Shown here in pieces: positions 19,285-29,046 of a stretch of DNA of 64,000 nucleotides. Position 1 is the first letter of the stretch. Each line of letters begins with the position of its first letter. The stretch is from Spirochaetota bacterium (lineage in GTDB: Bacteria; Spirochaetota; Spirochaetia; DTKZ01). Below the pieces are notes generated by a model. That model worked only from the letters and a program-made list of their open reading frames with translations, made no database searches and was not told where the DNA came from. Location of the stretch: positions 2,977 to 66,976 of the forward strand of contig JAOABU010000116.1 of assembly GCA_026418195.1 (NCBI GenBank). The letters are read 5' to 3'. The translations under genes and the position numbers were made by a program.

Positions 19285-19348
19285 GGCCGCACTGTAACAA
19301 GAAAATCCCTCTCTGGGGAAGAGGGCGATGGGTATACGGATCAGTCCC

Positions 19349-20245
19349 TCAGTACCCCTTTTTCAGATAGTAAAGCATGGAATCGATAGATCCTTTCGGT
19401 ATACCGAGGATCTCAGCAACCTTTCGATGGGTAGGACATAGGTAATGGTGGGATAGCTTCATCTGAAGTTTTTCAAAGTAATACTTTAAACGGGAAAGAC
19501 GTTGGATGATCATTTCTTTTGCCAGTCCATTGGTACATCGATCCATTTCTTCCTGAAGGGAACAGATGCGAAAGTAGAGTTTACTTCGTCTTTCCTGCAA
19601 CAAGCGAAACCGTTCTTCTTTTTTTAAGAGGGTTGTACGGGTAACCTCTATGAGATGAAACAGGACTTCCTGGTTCATCCCAATCGATTGGGCGATTGTT
19701 TCAATGGTTCTATCCTCCAAATCATACGCTGCTTTCAGGGAAAGAAGAAGAAGTTTCTTTGCCTGTTTTTCTGTTACCGTGGGATCCGAACCTACTTGCG
19801 TTTTAACAGCCTTTTTTCTTTTCCCTGACTCTTTCCCAGGCTTTCTCCCTTTGGGGACTTTCTGGAAGGGAGGAGAAGATTCGCAAATATCTAGACCTAT
19901 GGTTTCTTCTTCTACCCAAGAGGGGACCATAAGTTTCCATTCAGAAAAGGCAAATTGTTGGACTCGATCCGCTTTTAGCTTGGATTTTAAATAAGTTTTC
20001 ATATGCCACTTCAAGCAGGTACGGAGGTACGCTTCAATACCTTTCCCCTGTTCCTGGTAATGATCGATGATGTAGGGGATTCTGGTATGGAAGGAAAGGA
20101 AAAATTCTGCACAGTCTTCCTCTGAGCAGTACTTGAACTTCAGAGGAAACTGATACACATAGAGGCTTATGGATCGAACTAGGATCTCGTACCCTTCCCC
20201 TGATCGAACATAATCTTCCCAAGCGTTCTGTATCGTGCTGGTCAT
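19349..20245 (-). CDS. hypothetical protein with sigma-70 region-2-like N-terminus and region-4-like HTH C-terminus (divergent sigma-factor-like)
   Basis: 298 aa. The N-terminus WEDYVRSGEGYEILVRSISLYVYQF... resembles sigma region 2. The C-terminus HRKVAEILGIPKGSIDSMLYYLKKG resembles a region-4 HTH. A Lys-rich insert (KGRKPGKESGKRKKAVK) lies between them. Confidence 0.45.
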   Translation of the reverse strand: MTSTIQNAWEDYVRSGEGYEILVRSISLYVYQFPLKFKYCSEEDCAEFFLSFHTRIPYIIDHYQEQGKGIEAYLRTCLKWHMKTYLKSKLKADRVQQFAFSEWKLMVPSWVEEETIGLDICESSPPFQKVPKGRKPGKESGKRKKAVKTQVGSDPTVTEKQAKKLLLLSLKAAYDLEDRTIETIAQSIGMNQEVLFHLIEVTRTTLLKKEERFRLLQERRSKLYFRICSLQEEMDRCTNGLAKEMIIQRLSRLKYYFEKLQMKLSHHYLCPTHRKVAEILGIPKGSIDSMLYYLKKGY

Positions 20246-20306
20246 GGCAGGAGATTCTAATGCAATTGGGATGCCAATGGATGAATGAATATGAATCGAT
20301 TTAGTT

Positions 20307-20325
20307 CTCGGGTATCGTTACATTC
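20307..20325 (-). promoter_or_regulatory. direct repeat GTTACATT-N3-GTTACATT upstream of the sigma-like gene
   Basis: Two identical 8-mers at 20307..20314 and 20318..20325 with 11-bp centre-to-centre spacing, 60 to 80 nt upstream of the ATG at 20245 on the minus strand. Confidence 0.3.
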
Positions 20326-20425
20326 TGTTACATTGGTAGAAACCTATTACCCACCCTAGGAGCTGATAGAGTTCTACGGTACCCTCTTGGAACGGTGTAA
20401 GACATCTGTGAACGGTGTATCGGTT

Positions 20426-22243
20426 TCAGGAAAAAAGTACTTTCAACGCTGTGTCTACATTCCCGAATGGAGCACTCACCTGTACCCCCGCAACGAATGG
20501 ACGAATAGCTTGAATGATTTCCCGGGCAATGGCGATCCCCGTAGCTCGCGCTTCCTCCCTGGATCCTGCTTTTTCCATCCGTTCCATGATCGACTGGGGG
20601 ATTCGAACCCCGGGCACTTCATTGTTAAGAAACCGGGCATTCTGCAAGGAAGCCAAAGGCCATACTCCTGCAATCACCTTCAGTCCTAGATGACGGGTCC
20701 GTTCTAGGAAGGTGAGGAGGGCCTCCACATCGTACACTGGTTGGGTGATACAGAAATCTGCCCCTGCTGCTACCTTCTGTGCCAATCTGGAAAGTTCTCG
20801 TTCCTGATCAAGGTGGGTTGGATCGGCACCGACTCCGATGAGAAAGGTGGTTGGCGGATTCACCTCCTTGCCGCCGATGTCTACCCCCTGGTTCAGTCGA
20901 TAAGCGATACGGGTAAGACCAATGGAGTCCAGGTCGAATACAGCTGTAGCTTGGGGATAATCTCCTAGCTTTGGAGGATCACCGGTTATGATAAGTAGAT
21001 TCTTTATCCCTGCAGCGGCACACCCTAACAGGTCGGACTGTAGCCCAATGATGTTCTTGTCCCTGCAGGTTACATGGAGGACGGTTTCTATTCCAGCTTT
21101 CTCCTGAATCCGAAGGGCTGTAACCATGGGATTGATCCTTGAGCTTGCCCTTGGACCATCAGGAATATTGATGGCATCTACCCCCGCTGCTTTACAGAGT
21201 CTAGCCTTCGATAGGATCCCCGAGAGGTCGTACCCCAACGGTGGGGTTAACTCTACACTGGTAACCCATGAACCAGCTTCAAGTTTTGCCCCCAATTCGC
21301 TTCGGGATTCTCGGGGGGGTGGGGTACGGAGGGTAACTGTGGGAGTAGGGGTTGAGATCTCTACCCGATGCCGAAAGAACGCTTTTACTGAACGCGCTGT
21401 CTCTGCAATATGGGCCGGAGTGGTGCCGCAGCATCCTCCGACTGCCGAGGCTCCCATTTCAGCGAACCGTTTTGCGTAAGTCGCGAAGTATTCTGGAGTG
21501 GTCATGTAGATCATCCGGTCATGAACCAACTGAGGGTAGCCGGCGTTGGGCATGATGAGAACCGGAAGAGGGGCATGAGGAAGAAAATCTTCCAGGTATT
21601 CCAACATCTGTTTCGGACCAACGGAACAGTTGAAACTGATCATGAAGGGTGGATGGGAAAGTTCGAGGATAGGTGCAAAGAACTCCTCGATCCGCTCGCC
21701 CGCTCGGGAGATGTTTCGTTCTCCAAAAGCCAGGCTCCCTATATAGGGAATCCCGGCTTCGGAAGCAGCTTTCGCAGCGATCTTCAACTCGGCTGATCGT
21801 GAAAAGGTTTCGAAGATAATGAAATCCACCCCACCTTCCTGTAATCCTAGTATGGGTTCAAGGAAGGCTTCCAAAGCGTCCCGTTCCTCGATATCTTTAC
21901 CTACGATTTTCCCTAAGGGTCCTACAGAGCCTGCTACATACAGCTCATCCCCAGCTACATCCCGCGCTAGTTCAGCAGCACTCTTTGCGATGGAGCGAAC
22001 CCTATCTGCCAGAAGGTATTCAGCAAATTTGTATCGATTCGCTCCAAAACTGTTGGTAGTGATTACATCACAACCTGCGTTCTTATGTTCCTCGTGGATC
22101 GTGCGGACTACCGAAGGTTTGCTGACGCAGAGTTCTTCGAAGCACACGTTGATAAAATGGTTTCGATTGTACAGTTCTGTACCCATCGCTCCGTCGAAGA
22201 TGATAGGTGGTTTCTTTAAAAGTTCTTCGATTGATCTTCGCAT
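20426..22243 (-). CDS. bifunctional homocysteine S-methyltransferase / 5,10-methylenetetrahydrofolate reductase
   Basis: The N-terminal Hcy-binding domain (IIFDGAMGTELY..., ...GGCCGTTPAHI zinc-binding Cys) is followed by an MTHFR domain (HVTCRDKN..GLQSDLLGCAAAGIKNLLIITGDPPKLGDYP). Start trimmed to the ATG at 22243 (MRRSIEELLKK); the upstream ORF-track extension is not Hcy-methyltransferase-like. No cobalamin-binding domain is present. Confidence 0.8.
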   Translation of the reverse strand: MRRSIEELLKKPPIIFDGAMGTELYNRNHFINVCFEELCVSKPSVVRTIHEEHKNAGCDVITTNSFGANRYKFAEYLLADRVRSIAKSAAELARDVAGDELYVAGSVGPLGKIVGKDIEERDALEAFLEPILGLQEGGVDFIIFETFSRSAELKIAAKAASEAGIPYIGSLAFGERNISRAGERIEEFFAPILELSHPPFMISFNCSVGPKQMLEYLEDFLPHAPLPVLIMPNAGYPQLVHDRMIYMTTPEYFATYAKRFAEMGASAVGGCCGTTPAHIAETARSVKAFFRHRVEISTPTPTVTLRTPPPRESRSELGAKLEAGSWVTSVELTPPLGYDLSGILSKARLCKAAGVDAINIPDGPRASSRINPMVTALRIQEKAGIETVLHVTCRDKNIIGLQSDLLGCAAAGIKNLLIITGDPPKLGDYPQATAVFDLDSIGLTRIAYRLNQGVDIGGKEVNPPTTFLIGVGADPTHLDQERELSRLAQKVAAGADFCITQPVYDVEALLTFLERTRHLGLKVIAGVWPLASLQNARFLNNEVPGVRIPQSIMERMEKAGSREEARATGIAIAREIIQAIRPFVAGVQVSAPFGNVDTALKVLFS

Positions 22244-22339
22244 CAAAAGGAAGCATATCAAAAAACATCCTTTGATGGAAGAATCGAAGATTGATTCAAT
22301 AATTGGATCTGGGTATGATTCTTCACCAAGGAGAACAAT

Positions 22340-22858
22340 ATGATTCATAGGATCGGAAATCGGGTACCTTACACAAAGGATGCAGCTTTTATTGCTTGGA
22401 ATGCAGAAGTGTCTGGGTCTGTAACTCTGGGAAAGGATGTAAGTGTGTGGTTTGGTGCTGCCCTTCGGGGGGATATAGAACCGATTACAGTAGGTGATGG
22501 GACCAACATTCAGGATAATGCTACCTTGCACACCGATTTCGGTGCTCCTTGCACGGTTGGAAAAGGGGTAACTATTGGCCATAATGCGGTGATCCATGGG
22601 TGCACGGTAGAGGATGGGTGCCTCATTGGGATGGGGGCAGTAATCCTAAGCAGGGCTGTGATTGGAAAGGAATCGATTGTAGGAGCGGGAGCTTTGGTAA
22701 CTGAAGGGAAGGTATTCCCTCCCCGATCGTTGATCCTAGGAAGTCCTGCCAAGGTAGTCCGCACTCTGGACGATACCGCGGTGGAGGGGATCCGAAAGAA
22801 TAGTGACAACTATATTAAACTAGCGAAAGAGGCGGCAGAAAACTATCAAGAAGGTTAA
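22340..22858 (+). CDS. gamma-class carbonic anhydrase family protein (left-handed beta-helix, hexapeptide repeats)
   Basis: 172 aa. Hexapeptide-repeat composition with the conserved His ligands pattern (...HTDFGAPCTVGKGVTIGHNAVIHGC...), typical of the YrdA/CamH/PaaY family. Confidence 0.8.
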   Translation: MIHRIGNRVPYTKDAAFIAWNAEVSGSVTLGKDVSVWFGAALRGDIEPITVGDGTNIQDNATLHTDFGAPCTVGKGVTIGHNAVIHGCTVEDGCLIGMGAVILSRAVIGKESIVGAGALVTEGKVFPPRSLILGSPAKVVRTLDDTAVEGIRKNSDNYIKLAKEAAENYQEG

Positions 22859-23841
22859 TGCAGCCTCTGGATGATCTTTTCGACCGGTACTTCCCGATCG
22901 ATCAGGCCTAACCGTTTGAGGGTACTGATGGAATCCTTGTATACAGTAGGATCAATGCTTCCAAACGGTCCTGTGGTTTCAAAGAGGGTACAGGTTTCCT
23001 TGAGGACCGTTTGTAAAAACTTCCCCTTTACAGGATCTGGTTTACCGATATAGGGGTAAGAAACCTGATACGCTTCCTCTTGATGCTGTATAGTATAGCG
23101 AATGGCCTTCTCAGTAGCCCGAACAAAGGCTCCCAATACTCCCTGTTTTTTCGATAGGATAGAAGTACTGGTAATGAAGGAGGCTCCAACCATAGAAGAA
23201 AAATCCTTTACATCCCATTGCACGATCCTAATTCCCGATTCTTTTAACTGGATGGGTTCGTTGTTCGAGAAACATACAGCCCCATCCACTCGATCAGCTA
23301 GTAAAGTGGAAATCTGGGTGTAACCAATCCGCTCGATCTTTACTTTTTCCTTTAACTGGAACCGTTCCAGAAATAATTGTAATCCGATCCAACTGGTACC
23401 GTACAACTCTGGAGTCCCGATGGTCTTTCCCTTAAAGTCCTCAGGTGTTTTTATTCGGTCTGCTTTTGCCAGGATGGTCACGGGGTACTTCTGGTAGTAC
23501 TGGAAAATCGCTCGTAGATCCACCCCTTTTGACGCTGCGATGATCAGTTGGTCCGAATCGGAAAGCCCTAAATCGATCTTGCCAGCTGCTAAAAGGGAAA
23601 AGATATCCATGCCGAACCCATACTCGATTTCCAAACGCAACCCTTCTTCCCTATAGAACCCCTTTTCTATCCCAAGGTAGAGAGGGGCGAACTGGATGTG
23701 AGGAATGTATCCAATGGCTACCCGAATCGTTTGTTCCTGTGCCCTCACGGATTGGAGCCCGGGACAGGATAAAAGTCCCCAAGCGAGTACTATTCTGAGT
23801 ACCCAATTCGGGAGTTCCTTTTTAGAATGTATCCTATGCAT
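22855..23841 (-). CDS. ABC transporter substrate-binding protein, NMT1/THI5 (SsuA/TauA/ThiY-like) family
   Basis: 328 aa. Signal peptide, then a periplasmic-binding-protein type-2 fold of the NMT1-like family (VAIGYIPHIQFAPLYLGIEKGFY...). It lies adjacent to the ABC ATPase-permease gene. Confidence 0.75.
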   Translation of the reverse strand: MHRIHSKKELPNWVLRIVLAWGLLSCPGLQSVRAQEQTIRVAIGYIPHIQFAPLYLGIEKGFYREEGLRLEIEYGFGMDIFSLLAAGKIDLGLSDSDQLIIAASKGVDLRAIFQYYQKYPVTILAKADRIKTPEDFKGKTIGTPELYGTSWIGLQLFLERFQLKEKVKIERIGYTQISTLLADRVDGAVCFSNNEPIQLKESGIRIVQWDVKDFSSMVGASFITSTSILSKKQGVLGAFVRATEKAIRYTIQHQEEAYQVSYPYIGKPDPVKGKFLQTVLKETCTLFETTGPFGSIDPTVYKDSISTLKRLGLIDREVPVEKIIQRLH

Positions 23842-23847
23842 ACAAAA

Positions 23848-25488
23848 TCATCCTCCTTCGCTGGAGAGTTGCCGTAATCGGGGCGGGGGGGTCAAGAGAC
23901 GCTTCCGGATCCAGTAGTAGGATAGGGAGGCGATTCCATAGTAGAGAAGTCCCAGGGTAATGAGCCAGATCAAGGCTACGAACATCATCTCTATATCGAA
24001 GTTGGCTTTTGCCCGGTTCACTAGAGCTCCCAAACCTTCATGGCCGGAAACGAACTCTCCTACTACCGCTCCGATCACCGATAGAGTGATGGAAATCTTT
24101 ACTCCGCTGAAGATCCCCGGTAGCGCAGCGGGAAACTCCATCCCGAATAAACTCTGGAGTTTACCGGGTTTGTAGAAACGGATCAAACACTGAACCCGTT
24201 CCTCCGAATGTCGAAACGCGGCAATGATGTTGATCAGAAGAGGAAAGAAGATCACGATCACCGAAGTGACGATCCTAGGCAGGATCCCGAACCCGAACCA
24301 AAGCACCAGGAACGGTGCAAGGGCTACCGATGGGATCGTGTTGGCTCCGATAAAGTAGGGCATTAGCAAGCGGGAAAGGAACTTGAACTTGGCGATGCCA
24401 AACCCTACGATCATGCTCAATGCAAAGGCGATCCAAAAACCTAGTAGGGATTCGGTCACCGTGAGTTCCAGGTCGTGGAGGATGGTACCATTCAGAAGAG
24501 TCTCCACAAACTTTTTTAAAATCGACCTGGGGGCAGGGAAGATTAGATCTGGGATCGCTAGAGCATGCTTCAAGAAATCGATTAGGAAAAAGAGAAGCAA
24601 CACTTCAAAAGGAAGGAGAAGGGTGCTCCAGTGGGTTTTTATGTACCGGAGGATCTGTTTTCCCGTAAAAAGGAGGGTACTCCCCGAGATATTACCGGTA
24701 TGCGATGGTGTAGCTGGTTCGGAAGCAGGTCGTTCTATCTCTGTTTCCCAAAGGAATTGCACTTCTCGTCGAATGGAACTGTTCACTTCCTGTTGTGCCT
24801 CCGTAAGAACAAAGAGGCCATTAAGGGATTTCCCTTCACCTATCAGGTTTTTTTCGATCGTTTTGATATCAAGGATCCGTCCCGGCAGAGGGGAAAGGAC
24901 GTAGATCCGGTCGGATAGGAAACAGGCTTCTTCCACAGAGTGGGTAACGAGAATCACCGTGGTCTTTCGGGTGGAATGCAATCGTTTCACGAGAAGGTTC
25001 AATCGTTCCCTAGTGATAATATCGAGGGAAGAGAAGGGTTCATCCAGTATCAAAAGATCTGGTTCAGTGATGAGGGCCCGGGCAATCTCGACTCGTTTCT
25101 TCATACCGCCGGATAGTTGGTGAGGGAAATAGTACTCGTATCCTTTGAGGCCGACGGAATCAAGGACTTCTATTGCCCGGAAGGTGAGGGATTCAGAAAG
25201 GGGGACCTGCTTCAGTTGAAAGGGAAGAAGGACGTTATCCAGCACATTCTTCCATTCTAGGAGAGTATCGTGCTGGAACACGAGGGAGATCCGTTCCGCA
25301 TCGATGGACAGCTCTCCTTTCCAGCCTTTCTGAAGGCCTGAAAGGATATTCAATAGGGTAGTTTTTCCGCAGCCTGAAGGTCCAATGAAACTAACGAACT
25401 CCCCCCTTTCGATAGCGAAGGTCAATTGGGAAAGGATTTCCGTTTCACTAAAGGAAAAGGATAAGTTTCTGGCCAAGACTACGGGCAT
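23848..25488 (-). CDS. ABC transporter, fused ATP-binding (N-terminal) and permease (C-terminal) protein of the nitrate/sulfonate/taurine type
   Basis: Walker A GPSGCGKTT, ABC signature LSGGMKKRVEIARAL, Walker B LILDEP, then about 6 TM helices with a BPD-transp-1-like EAA region. Start trimmed to the ATG at 25488 (MPVVLARNLSF). Confidence 0.75.
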   Translation of the reverse strand: MPVVLARNLSFSFSETEILSQLTFAIERGEFVSFIGPSGCGKTTLLNILSGLQKGWKGELSIDAERISLVFQHDTLLEWKNVLDNVLLPFQLKQVPLSESLTFRAIEVLDSVGLKGYEYYFPHQLSGGMKKRVEIARALITEPDLLILDEPFSSLDIITRERLNLLVKRLHSTRKTTVILVTHSVEEACFLSDRIYVLSPLPGRILDIKTIEKNLIGEGKSLNGLFVLTEAQQEVNSSIRREVQFLWETEIERPASEPATPSHTGNISGSTLLFTGKQILRYIKTHWSTLLLPFEVLLLFFLIDFLKHALAIPDLIFPAPRSILKKFVETLLNGTILHDLELTVTESLLGFWIAFALSMIVGFGIAKFKFLSRLLMPYFIGANTIPSVALAPFLVLWFGFGILPRIVTSVIVIFFPLLINIIAAFRHSEERVQCLIRFYKPGKLQSLFGMEFPAALPGIFSGVKISITLSVIGAVVGEFVSGHEGLGALVNRAKANFDIEMMFVALIWLITLGLLYYGIASLSYYWIRKRLLTPPPRLRQLSSEGG

Positions 25489-25603
25489 CCCTCTGCAATA
25501 TAGTGCTAGAGCGGGCTCTGTCAAGGGTGATGCCCAGAGAAAGTAACGCTGGGGTTGTAAAAAGCGGTCAGAATACGGTACAAGTATCCCCATAGGGGGG
25601 ACT

Positions 25604-27796
25604 ATGCCAAAGAAGGAGCCATTGCCACTACAAGGGAACCTGTTTCGATTCGTGCCTACAGAGAAGGAGATTCAATCCCTTCCGAAAAAGAAGCGGGTTC
25701 GAATGCTCTTTGAATTGTTTGTGATTCGCGAGTTCGAGACCCGCTTGCTCGAATTGAAGGATGCGGGGTTGGTACATGGCCCTGTGCATTCCAGTATCGG
25801 GCAGGAAGGAGCAGCCGTAGGAGTGATGAGCGCGTTGGATCCCAGGGATGCAGTAGCTTCCACCCATCGGGGGCATCATCATTTTCTTGCTAAGGCCTTC
25901 GGGTACTACTTACGTGACTACGATCCTGAGACTCAAGTTCCCGTAGAATTACATCAACTTCTGGAACGAACCCTGGCAGAGATCATGGGGCTATCTCAGG
26001 GGTTCTGCCGGGGTAGAGGGGGTTCTATGCATCTAGGAGATAAGGGATGCTACTGTTATGGAACGAATGCCATTGTAGCAGGGGGAGTCCCCATGGCAAC
26101 GGGGCTTGGGTGGTCTTTTGCGTTGAATAATGAGCCTCAAGTGGCGGTTTCTTTTCTAGGGGATGGGGCAGTTCACCAGGGGGTGGTACACGAAGTGATG
26201 AATATGGCGAACCTATGGAAGATACCTGTCATCTATTTCATCGAGAATAATCTGTATGCGGTAGCTACCTCTGTGAAAGAAGCGTCTGCTGTTTCCCGGT
26301 TGGCTCAGATCGGAATGGGATATGGACTTACCTGCCTAGTGATCGACGGGATGGATCCTGATACGGTGAGGCTTGCGGTTCAATTCGCTCGAAAAGGGGC
26401 TGTTGAAGGAGCGGGACCTTTCTGGATTGAGGCTGAAACGTACCGGTATCGACACCATGCCCAAAGCCTTCCGGGGAGTGCCTTTGGGTACCGGGATAAA
26501 GAGGAAGAACAGAGGTGGCAAGAGCGAGATCCCTACCGTACCTACTCGGAAAAACTTATTCGAGAGAAGGTCTTGAGCGAAGATAGAGTTTCCCAGTTAA
26601 AAATACATGCAAGCCAGATAGTACAAAGGGTGGTAGACAAACTGGTACAAAAGCAAGGGGTATCCCTAGTGGTACCGGAAGATCTATACCCGAGGGCAGA
26701 GGAGCTAGAGATCGGTATCCGGAGTAATGGAAAGGAACTGGAAACCCTTCCCTATACGGAAGATCCATGGGTCGAGTTAGAGGGGTCTCATCCAGTATCC
26801 CTACCACCGGATGGGGAGAAAAAAACTTACGTGGATGTGATCTCTGAAGTGATTGGAAGACGGATGGAACAGGATTCCCGAGCATTCGTGATTGGGGAAG
26901 AGGTAGGACACCTTAAAGGGGGGGCCTACATGGCCACCAAAGGTCTCTCTAAGCGGTTTCCAGGAAGGGTGATCGATACCCCTATTTCGGAAGCAGGGTT
27001 TACGGGCATGTCCTTAGGGTTGGCTTTGTCGGGGAAGCGTCCGATCGTGGAGATCATGTTCCCTGATTTTGCACTGGTGGCGGCGGATCAACTGTTTAAC
27101 CAGATCGGGAAATGTAGGTTTATGTACGGAAACCAGCACGATGTTCCCTTGATCGTTCGAACCCGGGTGAGTATCGGTACAGGATATGGAGCCCAGCATT
27201 CGATGGAGCCAGCTTCTCTCTTTGCCTTGTTCGAAGGGTGGCGTATCGTAGCTCCTTCTACCCCCTTCGATTACATTGGGTTGTTCAATACTTCCTACCA
27301 TAGTCTGGATCCCGTTCTAATCATAGAACATCAAGCTCTTTACCCAATGGAAGGGTGGGTGCCAAAGGATCGGGACTACTGTATTCCCTTTGGGAAGGCC
27401 CTCATTCGAAGGAAAGGAAAGGACGTTACGGTAGTGAGTTATTCACGCATGGTACATCGTGTCCTGGAAGCCGCAGAACTCCTTAAAAATAGAGGAATAG
27501 AAGTGGAAGTGATCGATCTAAGAACCCTGGATCTATTGGGTGTAGATTACGAAACAATTGGTAAGTCCTTGAAAAAGACGGGGCGACTCTTGATTGTGGA
27601 GGAGGGTCACCTATATGGCGGAATCGGAGGACACATGGCCGATGAGGTGCAACGGAGATTTTTCGACGAACTGGATGGGGAGATCCTTCGTTTGGGGGGA
27701 AAGAACCTTCCCATGCCAGTGTCGAAACCATTAGAAGCGTTGTGCATTCCCGATGTGAAGGATATCGTGGTGCAGATCCAAAGTGCTTTGCAGTAG
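25604..27796 (+). CDS. second fused E1-alpha/beta 2-oxo-acid dehydrogenase-family TPP enzyme (paralog of 7543..9999)
   Basis: 730 aa. N-terminal E1-alpha-like half (IREFETRLLEL..., GDGAVHQGVVHEVMNMANLW TPP motif) and C-terminal E1-beta/transketolase-like half. No E2 gene is adjacent. Confidence 0.8.
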   Translation: MPKKEPLPLQGNLFRFVPTEKEIQSLPKKKRVRMLFELFVIREFETRLLELKDAGLVHGPVHSSIGQEGAAVGVMSALDPRDAVASTHRGHHHFLAKAFGYYLRDYDPETQVPVELHQLLERTLAEIMGLSQGFCRGRGGSMHLGDKGCYCYGTNAIVAGGVPMATGLGWSFALNNEPQVAVSFLGDGAVHQGVVHEVMNMANLWKIPVIYFIENNLYAVATSVKEASAVSRLAQIGMGYGLTCLVIDGMDPDTVRLAVQFARKGAVEGAGPFWIEAETYRYRHHAQSLPGSAFGYRDKEEEQRWQERDPYRTYSEKLIREKVLSEDRVSQLKIHASQIVQRVVDKLVQKQGVSLVVPEDLYPRAEELEIGIRSNGKELETLPYTEDPWVELEGSHPVSLPPDGEKKTYVDVISEVIGRRMEQDSRAFVIGEEVGHLKGGAYMATKGLSKRFPGRVIDTPISEAGFTGMSLGLALSGKRPIVEIMFPDFALVAADQLFNQIGKCRFMYGNQHDVPLIVRTRVSIGTGYGAQHSMEPASLFALFEGWRIVAPSTPFDYIGLFNTSYHSLDPVLIIEHQALYPMEGWVPKDRDYCIPFGKALIRRKGKDVTVVSYSRMVHRVLEAAELLKNRGIEVEVIDLRTLDLLGVDYETIGKSLKKTGRLLIVEEGHLYGGIGGHMADEVQRRFFDELDGEILRLGGKNLPMPVSKPLEALCIPDVKDIVVQIQSALQ

Positions 27797-27817
27797 TCAC
27801 AGTAGGAGGGAACAAAG

Positions 27818-29026
27818 ATGGAAACCTTACAGGAAGCCTTCCTAGAAAAGTATGGTAAGAAAGAGTATCGGATTGTGAGGTCCCCTCTACGAATCTGTCC
27901 TCTAGGGGCTCATGTGGATCATCAACACGGGTACGTAACCGGGATGGCCCTTGATGCATCCATCTATTTCATGTATTCCCCAGATCCGGAAGGGTATATC
28001 CGCGTGCAGAGTCTAGATTTCCCCGATGAGGAATACTTCCATTTAAACCATGTACCCGACATGATTCCTGGATACTGGGGAAACTACCTACGAGGAGCAG
28101 TCCTTTCCTTAGGTCGTCAGTACAAACTCCGGAAGGGTATACAGGGAGTAATCCGAGGTAAACATCCCATCGGTGGGTTATCCTCTTCGGCTGCCGTACT
28201 AACCGCTTACCTTATGGCTCTAGCTGAAGTGAACGATGTAGTCCCTACGAAGGAGGAACTGATTCGCTTAAGTCACTGGGTGGAAACGGATTTCATCGGT
28301 TTGAATAATGGGATCTTGGATCAGTCTGCCAATATCCTTAGTAAGGATGGTCACCTGATGGTGATGGATTGCCGTTCCGAACAGTACGAGCTGGTTCCCA
28401 AGCATCCCCATATGCCCCCGTATGAGATCATAGTGGTGTATTCAGGGATCAGCACCGCCTTGATGGGCACGGATTACAACAATCGGGTGGATGAATGTAA
28501 GGTAGCTGCCTGGATCTTGCAGGAACTAGATTCTGGGAAAGTTTCCTCGTTAAAACAGGTGAGATTACGGGATATTGACCCTGCGCTCTATGAGACGTTG
28601 AAAGATAAACTACCGGGACGATTCAGAAAAAGGGCAGAGCATTTCTTTACCGAGAACCAGCGGGTACTGGATGGAGTACGTTATTGGAGGCAGGGGGATC
28701 TATCGAAGTTTGGGAGCCTTATGTTCCAGTCAGGGGAAAGTTCTATTCGGAACTATGAATGTGGTTGCCCGGAGTTGATCACCATCTTTGAAATACTAGC
28801 CTCCTCCAATGGAGTGTATGGAGCTCGGTTCAGTGGAGCTGGATACCGGGGTTGCTGTATCGGGTTAGTAGATCCAGCGATGAAAGAAGCCGTCCGGGAG
28901 CGGATCCAATCTATCTATCCAGAACGACATCCGAGGTACAAGGATGTGTTCAAGGTTTACTTCAGTAAGACTGCGGATGGGGCTCGATTCCTCACCCCGG
29001 AAGAAGTTCGACAATTCTCTGAATAG
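27818..29026 (+). CDS. GHMP-family sugar-1-kinase (galactokinase-like, COG0153)
   Basis: 402 aa. Galactokinase-signature-like PLRICPLGAHVDHQHGYV and GHMP ATP-binding motif PIGGLSSSAA. RBS GGAGGG lies upstream. Confidence 0.75.
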   Translation: METLQEAFLEKYGKKEYRIVRSPLRICPLGAHVDHQHGYVTGMALDASIYFMYSPDPEGYIRVQSLDFPDEEYFHLNHVPDMIPGYWGNYLRGAVLSLGRQYKLRKGIQGVIRGKHPIGGLSSSAAVLTAYLMALAEVNDVVPTKEELIRLSHWVETDFIGLNNGILDQSANILSKDGHLMVMDCRSEQYELVPKHPHMPPYEIIVVYSGISTALMGTDYNNRVDECKVAAWILQELDSGKVSSLKQVRLRDIDPALYETLKDKLPGRFRKRAEHFFTENQRVLDGVRYWRQGDLSKFGSLMFQSGESSIRNYECGCPELITIFEILASSNGVYGARFSGAGYRGCCIGLVDPAMKEAVRERIQSIYPERHPRYKDVFKVYFSKTADGARFLTPEEVRQFSE

Positions 29027-29046
29027 ACTCCTGTAAAGGGCAATGT

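Noticed and set aside
22244-22597. Long N-terminal extensions in ORF-track models (metH/metF 22244..22597; ABC fusion 25489..25593; maf 5988..6128; purM 62918..62998; GerMN gene 38363..38545; ptsI 38397..38432)
   Set aside because: The ORF caller takes the most upstream (including non-ATG) start. In each case the upstream extension lacks family-conserved sequence, and an internal ATG coincides with the conserved N-terminus. Starts were trimmed accordingly.
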